Source of the DNA: Dictyostelium discoideum
Lineage: Eukaryota
Length of the DNA: 64,000 nucleotides
NCBI GenBank assembly: GCA_000004695.1
Contig: CM000152.2
Span: 5,728,001 to 5,792,000 of the forward strand
Direction: 5' to 3'
This document shows, piece after piece, positions 1 through 14,554 of this stretch. A program made the translations under genes and the position numbers. Within the stretch, counting starts at the first letter, position 1. The number at the start of each line of letters is the position of its first letter. Under the pieces are notes generated by a model. It saw only the letters and a list, made by a program, of their open reading frames with translations. It did no database searches and was not told the origin of the DNA.

Positions 1-7
1 CAACACC

Positions 8-64
<57 letters not shown>
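8..64. repeat. (AAT)19 microsatellite at the window edge
   Basis: perfect aat period from position 8 to 64. Confidence 0.9.
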
Positions 65-69
<5 letters not shown>

Positions 70-91
70 ATTTTTTTCATCAAAAGGTACA

Positions 92-1092
92 ATGAATTTA
101 ATTCATATATCCCTATTATCAGTATTGGCATTTTATATTTTCTTGATGGTATCAAAAAAGTTTTTATTTAGAGTATTTCAATGGAATAATAATATTAATT
201 CATTGTTTATTTTAATATTTTCATTTCATTTCATATTCTCATCGATTTTAATGTTTTTGTTGGTGGTATTGTTAAAAATGAAGAAATACTCACATTCAAT
301 CTCTCAATCTGCACGTGAATCCTTAAGAAATTCAAGAGTGATACCATCATTATTAAATTTCTTTTTATCAGATTATATTTTTTTGGGTTTAGTTTTATCT
401 GGTTTGGTTAATATCCTTCAAGTTAATCTTTTCTTTAATCCAAAAGATCCACTTTTAAATTTAGATTCAATTTCTAATGTAAGTTTTATAAAAAAACTTT
501 TATTAAATCAAAATTATTAATAATTATTAATTTTTTTTTTTTTTTTATTTAGATATCAACAGCAATTGAATTTTTAGTTGTTGGAATTGTATTAAATTTT
601 TCACATATTCCAAAAAAAATGTATAATAGTAGATATAGCGAATTTAGAGTTTCATCATCGATCTCACCATATTTTCAAGATGAATCCTATAATGTAAATA
701 ATATAATAAATAACGATAATAAAAATAAAATTAACGATAAAAGTGATAATAGTAATAGTATCACTAATAATAATAATATCAATAATAATATTGATAATAA
801 TAATAATAGTAGTAGTAATACTAAAATTAATAACGATTTAAATTTTGATAATAATATTAAAAATAACGATATAAATAATAATATTACAAATAATAATAAT
901 AACAATAACAATAATAACAATAATAACAATAATACTAATAATAATAATAATAATAATAACAATAATAGTAACAATAATAATAATAATAATAATAATAATA
1001 GTAATAAAAATAATAATACTAATAGTAATAATAATAATAATAATAGTAGTAATAATAATAATACTAATAATAATAAAATTAACGATAATAAA

Positions 1093-1160
<68 letters not shown>

Positions 1161-2463
1161 AGAAGATGATGAAGAAGAAAAGAATGATTGGTCATATTCA
1201 TTTCAAATATTTTTTACAAGAATATTTTTATGTTTATCAATTACTTATACATTGATTGTATTAAGATTAAATTATGATCCATTGAATCAATTCTTACAAC
1301 AAAGTAGTTCATTTGGATCTGGAGCTAATGGTAATAGTGGTGGTGGTAATGTAAATACAATCATTTCACCAGTACAATTTCAAGCACCATTGGCAACTTT
1401 ATTACATTTCATTCAATTGGTATTGTTATTGGTAAATTATAATCGTTTTAGAACCAATAGATTCTTTTCATTAATATTATCAACAATTTTCATAGAAGTT
1501 TCATCTTGGGAGACATTTGGTTTGAATTCTCGTTTATTTGAATCATATATTTTCGAGGCATTATTAATTCGTAGATGGATTCGTGCATGTTCTGTTGGTT
1601 TCCCAATTGTTGGTATCATTTTGGATATCTATAGTGGTTGGATGAGTATAAATCAATCGATCAAATCAATCGATCAACAAAACATTATGATTGTCAATAG
1701 ATTTAATTACCTCTGTTCAAACGTTAAGAAACAAGAGGAATTAACACAATACAACTCTCAATTCTACATTGAATCAATGAATCAATTCAAACGTTTAGTT
1801 CAAAATACAGGTTCAATCATTAGTTTAATATATGATACCGATGTTCAACCAAATCAAGAGGCTTATCTAAGTAAATTCTCAAGTTCTTATGAACAATTAA
1901 GTAAACTAACCAAGGAGTGTTTATTCTACTCGGAAATTAAACAATTGAAACGTAATGATGTAGAGAATCTATCATTTGTAGTTTCAAATCTTTTAGAGGA
2001 TTTAATTTCAACACCATCAATTAGAACTCAATTCGAAGAGAAAGAAATCGATCTCTTCTATTTAATTGATAAAGATGTACCTCTCTCATTGGTTGGTGAT
2101 TCTCAAAAGATTAAACAAATTCTATTGAAACTAATAACCAATAGTATAAAGGCAACCTATGAAGGTGAAGTTTATATTAGAGTTTCCCTCTCAAGTAATT
2201 TAGGTGTTTTAAAACAACAACCAATTCATCATCATCGTCATCATCATCGTCATCATCACCATCACCATCACCATCATCATCATCATATCATTGATGATGA
2301 TGATTATGACGACGATAATGATGATGACAATAATACTGAAGATAGTAGTAGTTGTTGTAATATTGATGAATTATCTGATAAAATTAAAGATAATCAAGAT
2401 GAAAATTTAGAATTAAAAAAATCAAATAATGATAAAATTATTGAAAATAAAGAAAATCAAGAA

Positions 2464-2530
<67 letters not shown>

Positions 2531-5223
2531 GTAATAATAATACAAATATAAATATAAATACAAATAATAATAATGATAGTAATAATAATAATTGTATTAA
2601 TAATGATTTAAAAAATAATAATAATAATAGTAATAATAATGTAAATAATAATAATAATAATATTAATGATAGTAATAATAATAATAATAGTAATAATAAT
2701 AATATTAATAATAATATTAATAATAATATTAATAATAATAATAATATTAAAAAGAAAAAAAAGAAAAATGAATTTACAGTTTATTTTTCAGTAATTGATA
2801 GTGGTTCAGGTATTGATCCTTATAGTACAAATTTATTATTTCAACCATTTTCATTATCAAGTTATAATGTAAATTCAACCAATACAGATGGTGAATTTGG
2901 TTTAGGTTTAGCAATTTGTAAACAATTATCAAATTTAATGAACGGTGAAATTAAATATGAAACAGAAATGGAGAAGGGATCAGTTTTCGAGTTACAAGTT
3001 CCAATGAAATGTGATAGTATTAGCTCAATTACTTCCTCGATGAATAGTACTACTAATACCACCAATCATTATCCAAGAATTATGAATAATCAAAGTTCAA
3101 AGTTTTTTGCAAACTCTAAATGGGGCGAAGGCTTAAAGATATTGGTTATTGATGATAATCCAAACATTGGAAAAGTGATAGCAATGCATTTGGAACCATT
3201 TGGATTTAAAGTTTTCCAAAGAACCACCTTTCAATCGGCTATTTATTTCTTTAATGAACGTAATGGTGATTTCAATCTAATTCTTTTGGACCCATTGATT
3301 CCTTCATTGGTAATCGATGAGATTAAACAAATGAAACAAGATTCTTCCAATATCATAAAGAATCCACCTTTGGTAATAATGTGTACCGCTAAACTTAGAA
3401 AATCTTTAAATGTTGATAATGTTCATTACCTCTATAAACCAATTAAAAGAGAACAATTAACTGTACTCTCTCAATTATTACCAAATACTTCAACAATTAA
3501 TCCAATTTATTCAAATCAAAATTTAAATAATAGTGGTAGTAGTAATGGTGGTGGTGGTGGTGGTGGTGGTGGTGGTGGTGGTGGTGGTGGTGGTGGCAGT
3601 GGTAGTAGCAATATTGATTTCAATAAAACTAAACTTGGTGGTTCTAATATTTCAACTGGTATTGGTAATAGTGGTTTAATTAATAGTAATAATATTCCAA
3701 CTCCAGTTAATACACCTTCAAATATTATTCCAAATTTACTTTCTTGTCAATCATTATTAACAAGTTTAAATAATGCAAATATTCCTCAATTAACAAATGA
3801 TATTGGTATAACAAATAATAATATTAATAATAATAGTTTAATGTTTACAACACCAAATTCAACACTTAGTAATAATGGTATTACAGGTTTAGATAATAAT
3901 AGTAATAATGATACTGGTAGTATTGATAATAATAGTAATATTAGTACAAATATTGATAATAATAATGATTATTTTATTAGAAATAATGGTATTCCTCCTC
4001 AAAATGATATGAATACTTATAATAATTATGTTTTAAATCATCAACAAGGTGTTCTACCAAAATCATTATCAGTACCATCCACTCCATTATCATATAATAT
4101 GTTACCAACAAATCTAAACATTAATGCAAAGAGATCTTCATTACAACCATTAAATGAAAATTCAGTTTTACCAACAAATTTAACACCTCCAATTTTATCT
4201 GCTTCACCTCAATCTTTACTTCCAATGGGTAATGATATTAATTCAATATTACCAAATACCCAACAATCACAAATAGATTTACAATCACAAATCGAATTAC
4301 AACCACTTTTACAATCAACTATAATTAGAAATGATCGTGGTGGTGATATTTTACCTGATTCAACTTTAGAAGGTCAAATAACAAATTTAAGTGGTAATAA
4401 TTCAACCATATCAATAAATCCACCATTACCAGAAACTAATAACAACACAACAACAACGACAACAACAACACAACCAAAGAAATCACCGATATTAACATCT
4501 TCAAATGGTAGTGATAAGAGTGAAGGTTCGACTGGTAGTAATAGATCAAAATCTAGAATTTCCTTTTTAAATTCAAGTAATAGTGGTTTATTAAAAAATA
4601 ATCTTGGTGAAGATATTTATTGTAAAGGTGATCAATCTGAAGGTATTCCAATACCAAAATCTGAAAGAACTTCTGATTCTTCATCTTCATCTTCTTCCTC
4701 TGATTCACATGGCCAAGATGATCATTCATATAGATTGGAAGATTTTTCAATTTCTTCACCATCTTCTCAATCACCATTACTAGATTTAAGTGGTACAAGT
4801 GGTACAAGTGGTACTACAAATCTTGCAAATAGTGGTATTAATAGTGGTAGTGGTAGTGGTGGTGGTGATATTATTAATCAAAATCAATTAATAACATCAA
4901 ATCAATTATTTCAACAACAACTACAACAGCAACAACAACCACAACAACAACAACCACCAGGAACTCCAACAATTTCACCATCATCATCATTCCCATTATT
5001 ACCAATACCAAGAGATATCATTAATAGCAGTGGTGCAAGTAGTGGTATTAAAGTTAAATCGTCAACTTCAATACCAGATTATGTACAAGTTTCACCAAGA
5101 AGATTTAGTGGTAGTAGTACAGGAAGTGGTAGTAGTGTTGCATCACCTCAATTACTTTCAACTTCAAATCAATTAAATAATAATATTAATAATCTTAACC
5201 TTAATAGTAATAATAATAACAAC

Positions 5224-5255
<32 letters not shown>

Positions 5256-5682
5256 AAATAATGATAATAATAATAATAATGATAATAATTATAATGTTAA
5301 TATTTTATTAGTTGAAGATAATTTAGTAAATGCAAAGATTGCAATGACAGTATTAAGAAAACATAATTTTAGAGTTGAACTTTCAAAGAATGGTCAACTT
5401 GCGATGGAAAGAATTAAACAAAGTCACTCATCATTCGATTTGATTTTAATGGATATTCATATGCCTGTAATGGATGGTATCACTTGTTCAAAGTTAACAC
5501 GTAAATTTGAAACTGAACATGGTCTTAAACATTTACCAATTATCGCTCTCACTGCTGATGCAACCACTGGTCATAAAAATCTTTGTCTTGAAGCTGGTTG
5601 TAATGAATTTATGTCAAAACCTTTAGATTATGCTTTATTAATTAGTTTATTAAAGAAATTAGTTTTTAATAAAGATCAATAA
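92..5682 (+). CDS. hybrid histidine kinase-like protein, 2 exons (92..478, 553..5682), about 1838 aa
   Basis: ORFs 92..520 and 619..5682 join through a GTAAGT(479)...AG(552) intron, phase 0. N-terminal hydrophobic segments. ATPase N/G-box region (LVGDSQKIKQILLKLITNSIKAT ... FSVIDSGSGIDP ... GLGLAICKQL). First receiver degenerate (LVIDDNPNIGK...LILLDPLIP); C-terminal receiver canonical (LLVEDNLVNAKI...LILMDIHMPVMDG...ALTAD). Long N-, H- and G-tracts. Confidence 0.85.
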
Positions 5683-5727
5683 ATCATCTCATAGTAAAAA
5701 AAAAAAAAAAAAACAAAAAAAATAAAA

Positions 5728-5758
<31 letters not shown>

Positions 5759-6273
5759 CAAATAAAAAAACAAATAAATAAATAAAAAAAATATTAAAAA
5801 AAAAAAAAAAAAAAGAAATAAGATAATAATTTTTTTTATTTAATGAAATTTATTCAAGAACTTTTTATTTTTAATGAATTAAATTGTTATTAAAAAAAGT
5901 ATTAATCGAAAAATAAAAAATTACCAATAATTTTAAAAATAGATTTTAGATTTTTATTGTTTTTTTTTTTTACTTTTATTTTTTAAAAAGATTTAAATTT
6001 TGTTACAATAATTTTATTATAATACTAAATGAAGTATTAAAAGGTCTTTTTAAAATATTTAATTATTTTACAAATGCAAAAATCAAAGTTGTAAATTTTA
6101 TTATTTCATTTTTAATTTGAAAAATTAAAATTTCTTTATTTTTTTTTGGTAGTTGTCAAAAAACATCAATAAAATCATGATTAAAATTATTATCGATCTA
6201 TATAGATTTTGTCTTTTTTTATTTTTAGAAAAATTAAACAAAAATTGTATTGACATACAAAAAAAAAAAACAT

Positions 6274-6316
<43 letters not shown>

Positions 6317-7048
6317 TTTTTTTTTTTTGTTTTTTTTTTTTTTTATTATTATCTCTATCTCCACCTTTTGATTTAAATGATATTGTGTTAGGGGTGGTGC
6401 GAGTTAATGTATTTATTAAAAAAAACATAAACTTGCCTAAATACTGATATTTGTTTTTAAAAAAAAAAAAAAAATGTGTGTGAAAGAGTGAGGGAAAGAA
6501 AATAAAATATGAGGTAAGAAAAGAAAATAAAATAAAATAAAAATAAAATTAAATAAAACTAAAGGGTAATGGGTTGTGGTAATGGTTTTGGTGATTTAAG
6601 AGAATTAAATTGTTGTTTTGTTTTTTTATTTTTAAATCAAAAACTCATTATTTATCTATAAAAAAGATGGGATCGAATAATATATAATGGTATAATTATT
6701 TATTTAAAAATTATTAAATATGTTTTTTTAATTATTAAAAAAAAAAAAAAAAAAAAAAAAAAGTTCTTATAAATAGAAAAGAACATTAAAAATTTAATTA
6801 TTTAATTATTATTATTATTATTTAAAATAAAAAAAATAAAAAAATAATTAAAAAAATAAATAATAAAAATAAAATATTAATTTTCAATCTACCAATTAAA
6901 AAAAAAAAAAAAAATATATAAAAAGTTATTTTTTTTTTTTTTTTTGTATAATCAATTGTATTATTATTATTGTTATTATTATTGTCATAAATTAATATCA
7001 ATTTTAGTTTTTTTTTTTATTGATATTTTAAAAAAAAAAAAAAAAAAA

Positions 7049-7412
7049 ATGAAGTTTAATTTTTATTGTAGAATTATTTTATTATTTTCATTTGTTTTTT
7101 TATTTAAACAAATAAATTCCACAGGTGTTTTTTTAGAAGACTATCACAGATGTAGAGAACGATGTGAAATAAAAAATACCAATAATAATTTTTTAACGAG
7201 TAAATAAAATTAAAATTTTTTTTTTTTTTTTTTTTTTTCAATAATAATATTAATAATTAATTATTTTAAAAAATTAGTTACTATTAAAACTGAATATAGT
7301 TATTCAGAGGAATTTGATCAATGCAAAGAAGCTTGCCAAACTAAAAATAACAATTTATTACAAGGTAATTTCTATTTAAATTTTATTTTAATTTTAATTT
7401 TAATAATTTTAA

Positions 7413-7457
<45 letters not shown>

Positions 7458-7769
7458 AAATAATTTTTAGATATTTGTGAAAATCCATCATTTTTACATT
7501 GGAATGAACCATCAGTAGAGACCAATGCACATCTTGATTCTTTAAAAAAAAGATGTCAATATTTTTCAAATAGAATGTCTCGTATTGATTTGGACTATAT
7601 TGAAACTTTATATAAATACAAAGAACTTGTTGAAATTGATTGTACTAATATGTTATGTTATTTGGGTGGAGGAATTAATACTTTTGGTGTGAATAAATAT
7701 GGAAAACCAATTAAACCAAGAATAAGAAATTTTCCAATGGAGAATATTGAAGAAAATGATGAAAATTAA
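7049..7769 (+). CDS. small secreted Cys-containing protein, 3 exons (7049..7199, 7278..7364, 7471..7769), about 178 aa
   Basis: ATG 7049 followed by a signal-peptide-like MKFNFYCRIILLFSFVFLF. Donors GTAAAT(7200) and GTAATT(7365); acceptors AG 7276-7277 and 7469-7470; frame stays open across the joins. Internal repeat of a Cys motif (EDYHRCRERCE / EEFDQCKEACQ). Confidence 0.5.
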
Positions 7770-8145
7770 TTTTTTTTTTTATTTTTCCCCAAAATATTTA
7801 AAAAAATAAAAAAAAGATAAATGTATTCTTAAAAAAAAAATTTTTTATTAATTTTTTTCTTTTTTTATATAAATTTTTTTTTTTTTTTAAAGATAAGATA
7901 TATCTCAATTATTATTTTTTTTTTTAATAAAATCAAAAAAAAAAAAAAAAATTTTAAAAAAATAAAAAATTGGGAAAAAAACAAAAAAACAAAAAAAATA
8001 AATAATATTATTCCAACAGTGAAATTTAATAAAATTTAATGTAATATTAAACGTACAAATACCTTAACACATAAAACCAAAATATAAACTCTTTAAATTA
8101 TTATAATAAAATTTTTTTTTTTTTTTTTTTTTTTTCCATCCATAT

Positions 8146-8179
<34 letters not shown>

Positions 8180-8809
8180 TCATCAATTTTTCCTATGATT
8201 TCACTGTTAAATTTCGTAAAAGATTTGGGAAAAAAAAAAAAACATCATTTGTGTTTCAATAAACTAAAAAAGGAAAAAATAAAAATAAAAAAATAAAAAA
8301 ACAGCAAAAAAATTTGAGTTTAATGGATTTTTCTCTTGTATATCTGTTCTAAATTTTTGCACACACAAAACTTAATTTCTATTTTTATTCATTAAATTTT
8401 TTTTTTTTTTTTTTTTTTTTTCCAAAATTATTTTTTTTATTTAAATTTTTTTTTCTTTTATTTTTTTTTTTTTTCACACAAATTATTATTATAATTATTT
8501 TTTTATTTTCTCCCAATCTTCTTTTTTTTTCGCACAAATAATTAATTACCAATTAATACAATTTTTTTTTTTTTTTAGATTTACAAAATAATAAATAAAA
8601 TAAATAAAAAAAAAAAAAATTTTGATTTTACATTTTATATTTTTATTTTAAATTTCCCTTTTTTTAATTTTTTCATCTAAAAAAAAAAAAATAAAAAATA
8701 AAAAATAAAAAATAAAAAATAAAAAACAATAAACAATAAACAATAAAAAATAAAATTTCTTATATAAATAAAGAATTTTCTTTATTTATATTTGTAAAAA
8801 AAATTAAAA

Positions 8810-8941
8810 ATGCATCAGCCATCAGATTTCACGAATCTGGATGTCAACTTTTTAATTTTTCAAAGTAATTTACCAATAACTAATAACGCACCTACTGATA
8901 TCTCAATAGTTAATAATAGCATTAATATTTTACCAGTAGAA

Positions 8942-9036
<95 letters not shown>

Positions 9037-10483
9037 TAATAATGATGGTGATGATGCTGCTGCTACTAATAGTATAAACGTTATTCCAGTGTTTGAAAAA
9101 ACTATACAAATTGGAACAACTACAAAAAGTGGTCATTTCATTTTAGATGCAACTGCAGAGGTTAATGATATTCAAGAAATTGAAGAAAATAAAGATTTTA
9201 TAGTTAGAGATACTCAACAAAACAGGTATGTATTATATATATATTTTTATTATTATTATTATAAATAAATAAATAAATATTGATACTAATTAAATAATAA
9301 ACACAATTGTAGAGTATTAATTGGTGAAGGTCATTATGGAAAAGTTTATCGAAGTATGTATGTATCATCAGATGGAAGAAGTTTAGTCAATAAAATGTTG
9401 AAAGGAAAACGAGAATGTACTAAAGAAGTCGAAGCACTAATCGATGTATTCGATGCAAGTAAAATGGTTACAACTCAATACTTTACTACTCTTGGTTTTT
9501 CATCTATCATAATGGAAAATATGGTCGACATTGGTTATGTTACATTAAAGCAATTGTTATCGATGGATGATAAACAATTCTCAGCATTAGCATCACCATT
9601 CACTTGTAGATCTCAAATGATTAAACCAATAATTAATGCAATGGTGATTGCACTATACTCTGTCAACATTGAAAAGAACTACACACACTTTGACTTAAAT
9701 CATGGTAATATCTTTGTCAATATACATACATTGGACACATGTCAATCAATTAGTGGTAGTGGTAGTGGTAGTGGTAGTGGTAGTGGATCCAATACTAGAA
9801 ATCCAGTTGTGTTGGGTGATTTTGGCTGTGCCAGGAAAATGGACGTTCCAATTCGTTTATGTGATACAAATGGTCACGAAAATTACAAATCACTTGAAAG
9901 ATACTGGGATTACAATCAATGTAGAATCAAAACCACATCCTTTATTCGAGATAATGAAGATATCTTTTCACTTGGTGTTCTAATATTTGAAATGCTATTA
10001 ACATTTGTTCATCCAGGTACAACTCTATTTGAACAAAATGTATTGTTCCTCTTGAAATTTCATGGTATTGAAATTGTGCCAACTGGTGGCCCTAACAACA
10101 ATTATACAACATTGAAAGTTGCATTTTCAAATGATATTAGAAACTTTACATCAAATACTCAATTCACTACAATTACATTTGATTCAAAGTTTAACCCAAT
10201 CATTTCACAAATTATTAATTACATTCAATACTATAGAAATAGACCAAATTCTAGTCAAGTATTGGAATCATTAATCAATAATCATCAATATTCATTAAAT
10301 AATAATCTACCACCAATTTTTGTTGAAAATCCAAATGATAAATATGAACCAGTAGATGCCAACTCTTCAGATGACTCATCTGTCCTTTACCATTCTTATG
10401 ATAGCTCTGATGCTGATGATACTCCTTCTTTTGAAATTACGATTACTCGTGATAATTTCAATCAAAGTATAAATCATCAGTGA
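8810..10483 (+). CDS. protein kinase-like protein, probable pseudokinase, 2 exons (8810..9225, 9313..10483)
   Basis: Donor G|GTATGT at 9226 and acceptor AG 9311-9312 join ORF 8810..9268 to ORF 9356..10483, giving ...QQNR-VLIGEGHYGKVYRS (Gly loop). DFGCARKMD is present, but the catalytic loop reads HGNIFVN instead of HRDLKPxN. Confidence 0.7.
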
Positions 10484-10856
10484 ACGCACAATAATTTTAA
10501 TTATATTATTATTATTATTATTATCTCTTAGTAATACTTTTTGTACCATTTCAAATTTTTTAAATAAAACTGAATCAAATTAATTAATTAATTTTTTTTT
10601 TTTTTTTTTATTTATTAATATGTTTTTTTTTTATTTAATATTCCCACAAAATGAAATTATTTATTTTTTAAGTATTACAAAAATTTTAGCAAAACATTGG
10701 AAATTAAATATCTCTGATTGCGATTTTGTTGTGAAAAATTTTATTTGAATTATTTTTTCTAATTTTAATTTTTTTAATTTATTTTGGTTTGTTCTTTCTG
10801 ATTTATTTTTTTTAATTTTTTATTTTTTTTTTTGTTTTGTGGAAACAATAATAAGG

Positions 10857-11417
10857 TCACACATAAACGATCGTATATAAATTTAAAAAAAAAAAAAATG
10901 GAAAAACCTGATTTTGTAAAAATCGATACGAGTGAATTAAAAGATCAGAATAATGATTCAATACTGTTAATATAATTTTAGATTCTCCAATTTTTGACAT
11001 TAATAATAAATTTCGACTAATCAATTCATTACCTCTTGGATGACCCAATTTTAATAAAAGTTGTAAACCCAATACTCCCAATGCAAAGACATCCTCATTA
11101 TCTTTAATTGATGATTTCTTTGGTTCTTTAAAGTGTCTTTGAAGTGATACATAGTTTATTTCACCTTTAGTATCATCGAATCTAATTGGAGTCAATTCAT
11201 TGATTAGTTTTGAACAACCAAAATCAATTAATACAATTGGATTTTCGAATACTGACTCACTTAAAAAACAAAAACCATCACTTACAAATACAATTTTATC
11301 AAGCTCATATGTGCTCAATAGAGTTTTTAAATTGATAAACAAACCCAAAAAATGTTTTACAATTGTTAATTGTAAACAAAAACGATTTCCCTCCGGATAG
11401 AACAACAACAACAACAA
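10857..11417 (-). pseudogene. truncated kinase-like paralog (C-lobe only) of the 8810..10483 gene
   Basis: ORF translation (LIDFGCSKL...IKDNEDVFALGVLGLQLLLKLGHP) aligns with the C-terminal half of the neighbouring kinase (LGDFGCARK...IRDNEDIFSLGVLIFEMLLTFVHP). No in-frame N-lobe or ATG upstream, and the upstream space is occupied by the psmA1 3' exon. Confidence 0.45.
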
Positions 11418-11736
11418 ACAACAACAAACAAATTATGAAGATGGTGCCCTTTTTTCAAATGTAATTTCAAATGGATCGTTTATAGATGTTATGTAATCAA
11501 AAAACCATTGGAATTTCACCAAAACAAAGATCAAGATTAAATAATAATAATAAAAATAAAATCAAATAATAATAAAAATTTAAATATCTCAATATATTAC
11601 ATTGTTTTTTTATAACACTAAAAAAAAAAAAAAAGAATGATTTAATAATTTTATTATTACCAGATTATCTACACTTTTTTTTTTATTACTTTATTTTTTT
11701 TATTTTCTTTTTTTTTTTTTGGTTTTATAAATTATA

Positions 11737-12277
11737 TTAATTTGTTTGCATTTCAACTGGCTCTTCATTTTCAAGTAAATTAAGCTATATTAATTAAAAA
11801 ATATAAATATTAAATAAATTATTAATTAAAACAAATCAATAAATAAGTAATAAATCAATCAAAAAATAAATTAATAAATTAATAAATAAATAAATAAATT
11901 AAAACATACATATGGTTGAGCATCAGCTTCTTCAATGATTTTGAATGGTTGACCTTCACCAACGATACCAATTGAAACATTTTTAGAATTTAAGGTATCG
12001 TCAGTATTTGGTATAGTTTCTCTAAGTGCACGTAAACCATGAGTAATTAATTGTTCTAATGTACATTCTTCAAATGATTCAAAATGTTTTTCAAGATAAG
12101 TTTTAGCAGATTGTGATCTTGATCCAATTGAAATTGATTTATAATCATAAAAATTACCAGATGGACATGTTTGATAGATATGTGCTCCTAATTGATCATA
12201 ACCAGCTACTAATAAACCAACACCATATGGTCTTCTACCATATCTTTGAGTATGTACTTGATGTTCTATTTTATTTT

Positions 12278-12312
<35 letters not shown>

Positions 12313-12729
12313 AAATAATAATTGTTAGTAAATTTACTTTTTATTTTTATTTTTTTAAAAAATTAAATTAAATAAATAATACATACTGTCAGCAACTTTT
12401 GTAACTAAACGTTCTACTCTCATTTGGGATTCATAAACATAGTTATAATTTGAACATTCATTTCTCATATAATTACATAACATACGAGCATCAGCAGTTA
12501 AACCTGAAATTGCAATACCAACATGATCATCAACTACAAAAATCTTCTTTTGATATGAACCTAATTCGGATGATGATCTCTTTAATGATACTAAAACTGC
12601 AAATTGTTTGGATTTTAATGCAACTGCTGCACCACCTTGTTTTACTGCTTCCATTGCATACTCTATTTGATGAATTCTACCACTTGGTGAAAAGGTAGTA
12701 ATATCACTATCATATTGATTACGATACAT
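11737..12729 (-). CDS. psmA1: proteasome subunit alpha type-1 (alpha-6), 3 exons (12387..12729, 11910..12265, 11737..11784), 248 aa
   Basis: [32 protein letters not shown]... is near-identical to human PSMA1 ([32 protein letters not shown]). Second exon [19 protein letters not shown]...; last exon [15 protein letters not shown]. Both donors are GTATGT and both acceptors are ATAG|. Confidence 0.9.
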
Positions 12730-13355
12730 TTTATATTTAAATATTATGTGTGTAAAATTATTATTATTAAATGAAAAAAAAAAAAAAAAAAATTAAAAAT
12801 TAAAAAAAAAAAAAAAATGTGATGATCACAAAAAATTTAATTTAATGTAAAAAAAATTGAAAAAAAAAAAAATTAAAAAAAAAATAAAAAAAAATAAAAA
12901 ATAAAAAATTAAAAAAAAAATAAAAAATAAATTTAATTTAAAAGAGTGAAGTTGCAAATTTTTTATTTTAATAATTTTTTTATTTGTTAATTTTATGATT
13001 GAAATAATAAACAAAATCTGAAATTTTTTATTTTTTTTTTTTTTTTTTATATTATATTTTCTTATTCTTTTTTTTTTTTTTTCTTTTTTTATTTTTTTTT
13101 AATAATGAATTTAATTATATTATTGAATAAATAATTGAATTGACACTTTAAAATTTAGAATATGATTTAAAAAAAAAAAAAAAAATATTTTGGACAAAAC
13201 ATTAATTATTTAAAGATATTTTTTTTTGTTTTTTTTTATTTTATTTTATTTTATTTTTTTTTTATTTTTTTGAAAATTTTTAGATTTTTTTGTTTTTTTT
13301 TATAATTTTTTTTTTTTTTTTTTTTTTTTTTTCATTCACTATCATTTATATCAAA

Positions 13356-14554
13356 ATGTCAATAAGTATAAAAGATAAGAAAGAAGAATTGCTCTGTAGA
13401 TTAACAGATTTTACTAAATTAAAAGGGTGAGGATGTAAAGTACCACAAGCAGAGTTGCTCTCTCTACTTGATGGTATAGGTGAAGGTATTGGTTATGATT
13501 GTAGTATTTCACAAACAAAATTCCCTGATATTGTTATGATTCAAACAACAGATGTAAGTTTAAAATTATTTAAAAATAAAAATAAATTAATAAAATTATA
13601 TATATATATATACTAATATATATATATATATTCTTTATAATTTTTTTAAAAAAAAAGTTCTTTTTCCCGTTAGTTGATGATCCATATTTCCAAGGTAAAA
13701 TTGCATGTGCCAATGTTTTATCAGATCTTTATTCATTTGGTATTGAAGATTGTGATAATATGTTAATGTTATTAGCATGTTCAACTGATATGACAGCAGA
13801 ACAAAGACAATGGTCATCGAAATTGATGATACAAGGATTCAATGATCAGGCAATTTGCGCAGGTAGTAAAGTTAGTGGTGGTCAAACCGTAAAGAATCCA
13901 TGGCCGATAGTTGGTGGTGTTGCAACTTCCATTTTAAAGACCAACGAATTTATAAAGCCAGTGAATGCTGTCCCCGGTGACGTATTAGTATTAACCAAGC
14001 CTCTAGGCACACAAGTTTGTGTAAACTTTCATCAATGGTTATCTAAACCAGAACGTTGGGAAAAGATCAACACAATTACAAATGCAGAAGAATGTGAACA
14101 AGTATTCAACTATGCAACACTGTCAATGGCAAGATTGAATAGGGTAGGCGCAAGACTAATGAAAAAGTATAATGCTCATGCCGCCACCGATGTCACTGGT
14201 TTCGGTATATTGGGTCATTCAACTAATTTGGCTCAAAATCAACTCTTACCAATTCGTTTTGAAATTCATACATTACCAATCATTAAACATATGAAAAAGT
14301 TGGAAGATCATTTAAATCATCCATTCAAATTATTAAAAGGTACTTCAGCTGAAACTTCTGGTGGTTTATTAATTTCAATGTCTCGCGAAAATGCTGAAGC
14401 TTTTTGTAAAGAAATCTATGAAATTGAAAAACAACCAGCTTGGATCATTGGTGATGTAATCGATCAATCCTCAAATTATGATAGATCTAAAAATACTTCA
14501 ATCATTTTAGAAAATCCAAAAATTATTGAAGTTGAACCAAATACAAATTTTTGA
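13356..14554 (+). CDS. selD: selenophosphate synthetase (selenide, water dikinase) with in-frame UGA selenocysteine codon at 13428..13430, 2 exons (13356..13553, 13658..14554)
   Basis: Exon 1 MSISIKDKKEELLCRLTDFTKLKG-U-GCKVPQAELLSLLDG matches human SEPHS2 (FTRLKGUGCKVPQ). GTAAGT donor at 13554; acceptor AG 13656-13657, then FFFPLVDDPYFQGKIACANVLSDLY..., continuing into ORF 13760..14554. Confidence 0.85.

Noticed and set aside
687-974. Antisense ORF of poly-L (also 1437..1619, 2862..3065, 4553..4807 minus) inside the histidine-kinase CDS
   Set aside because: Products of translating AAT/ATT-rich coding repeats on the opposite strand; no codon-usage or domain signal.
6125-6447. Four overlapping ORFs of poly-K/poly-F
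   Set aside because: Translation of long oligo(A)/(T) promoter runs; no real coding composition.
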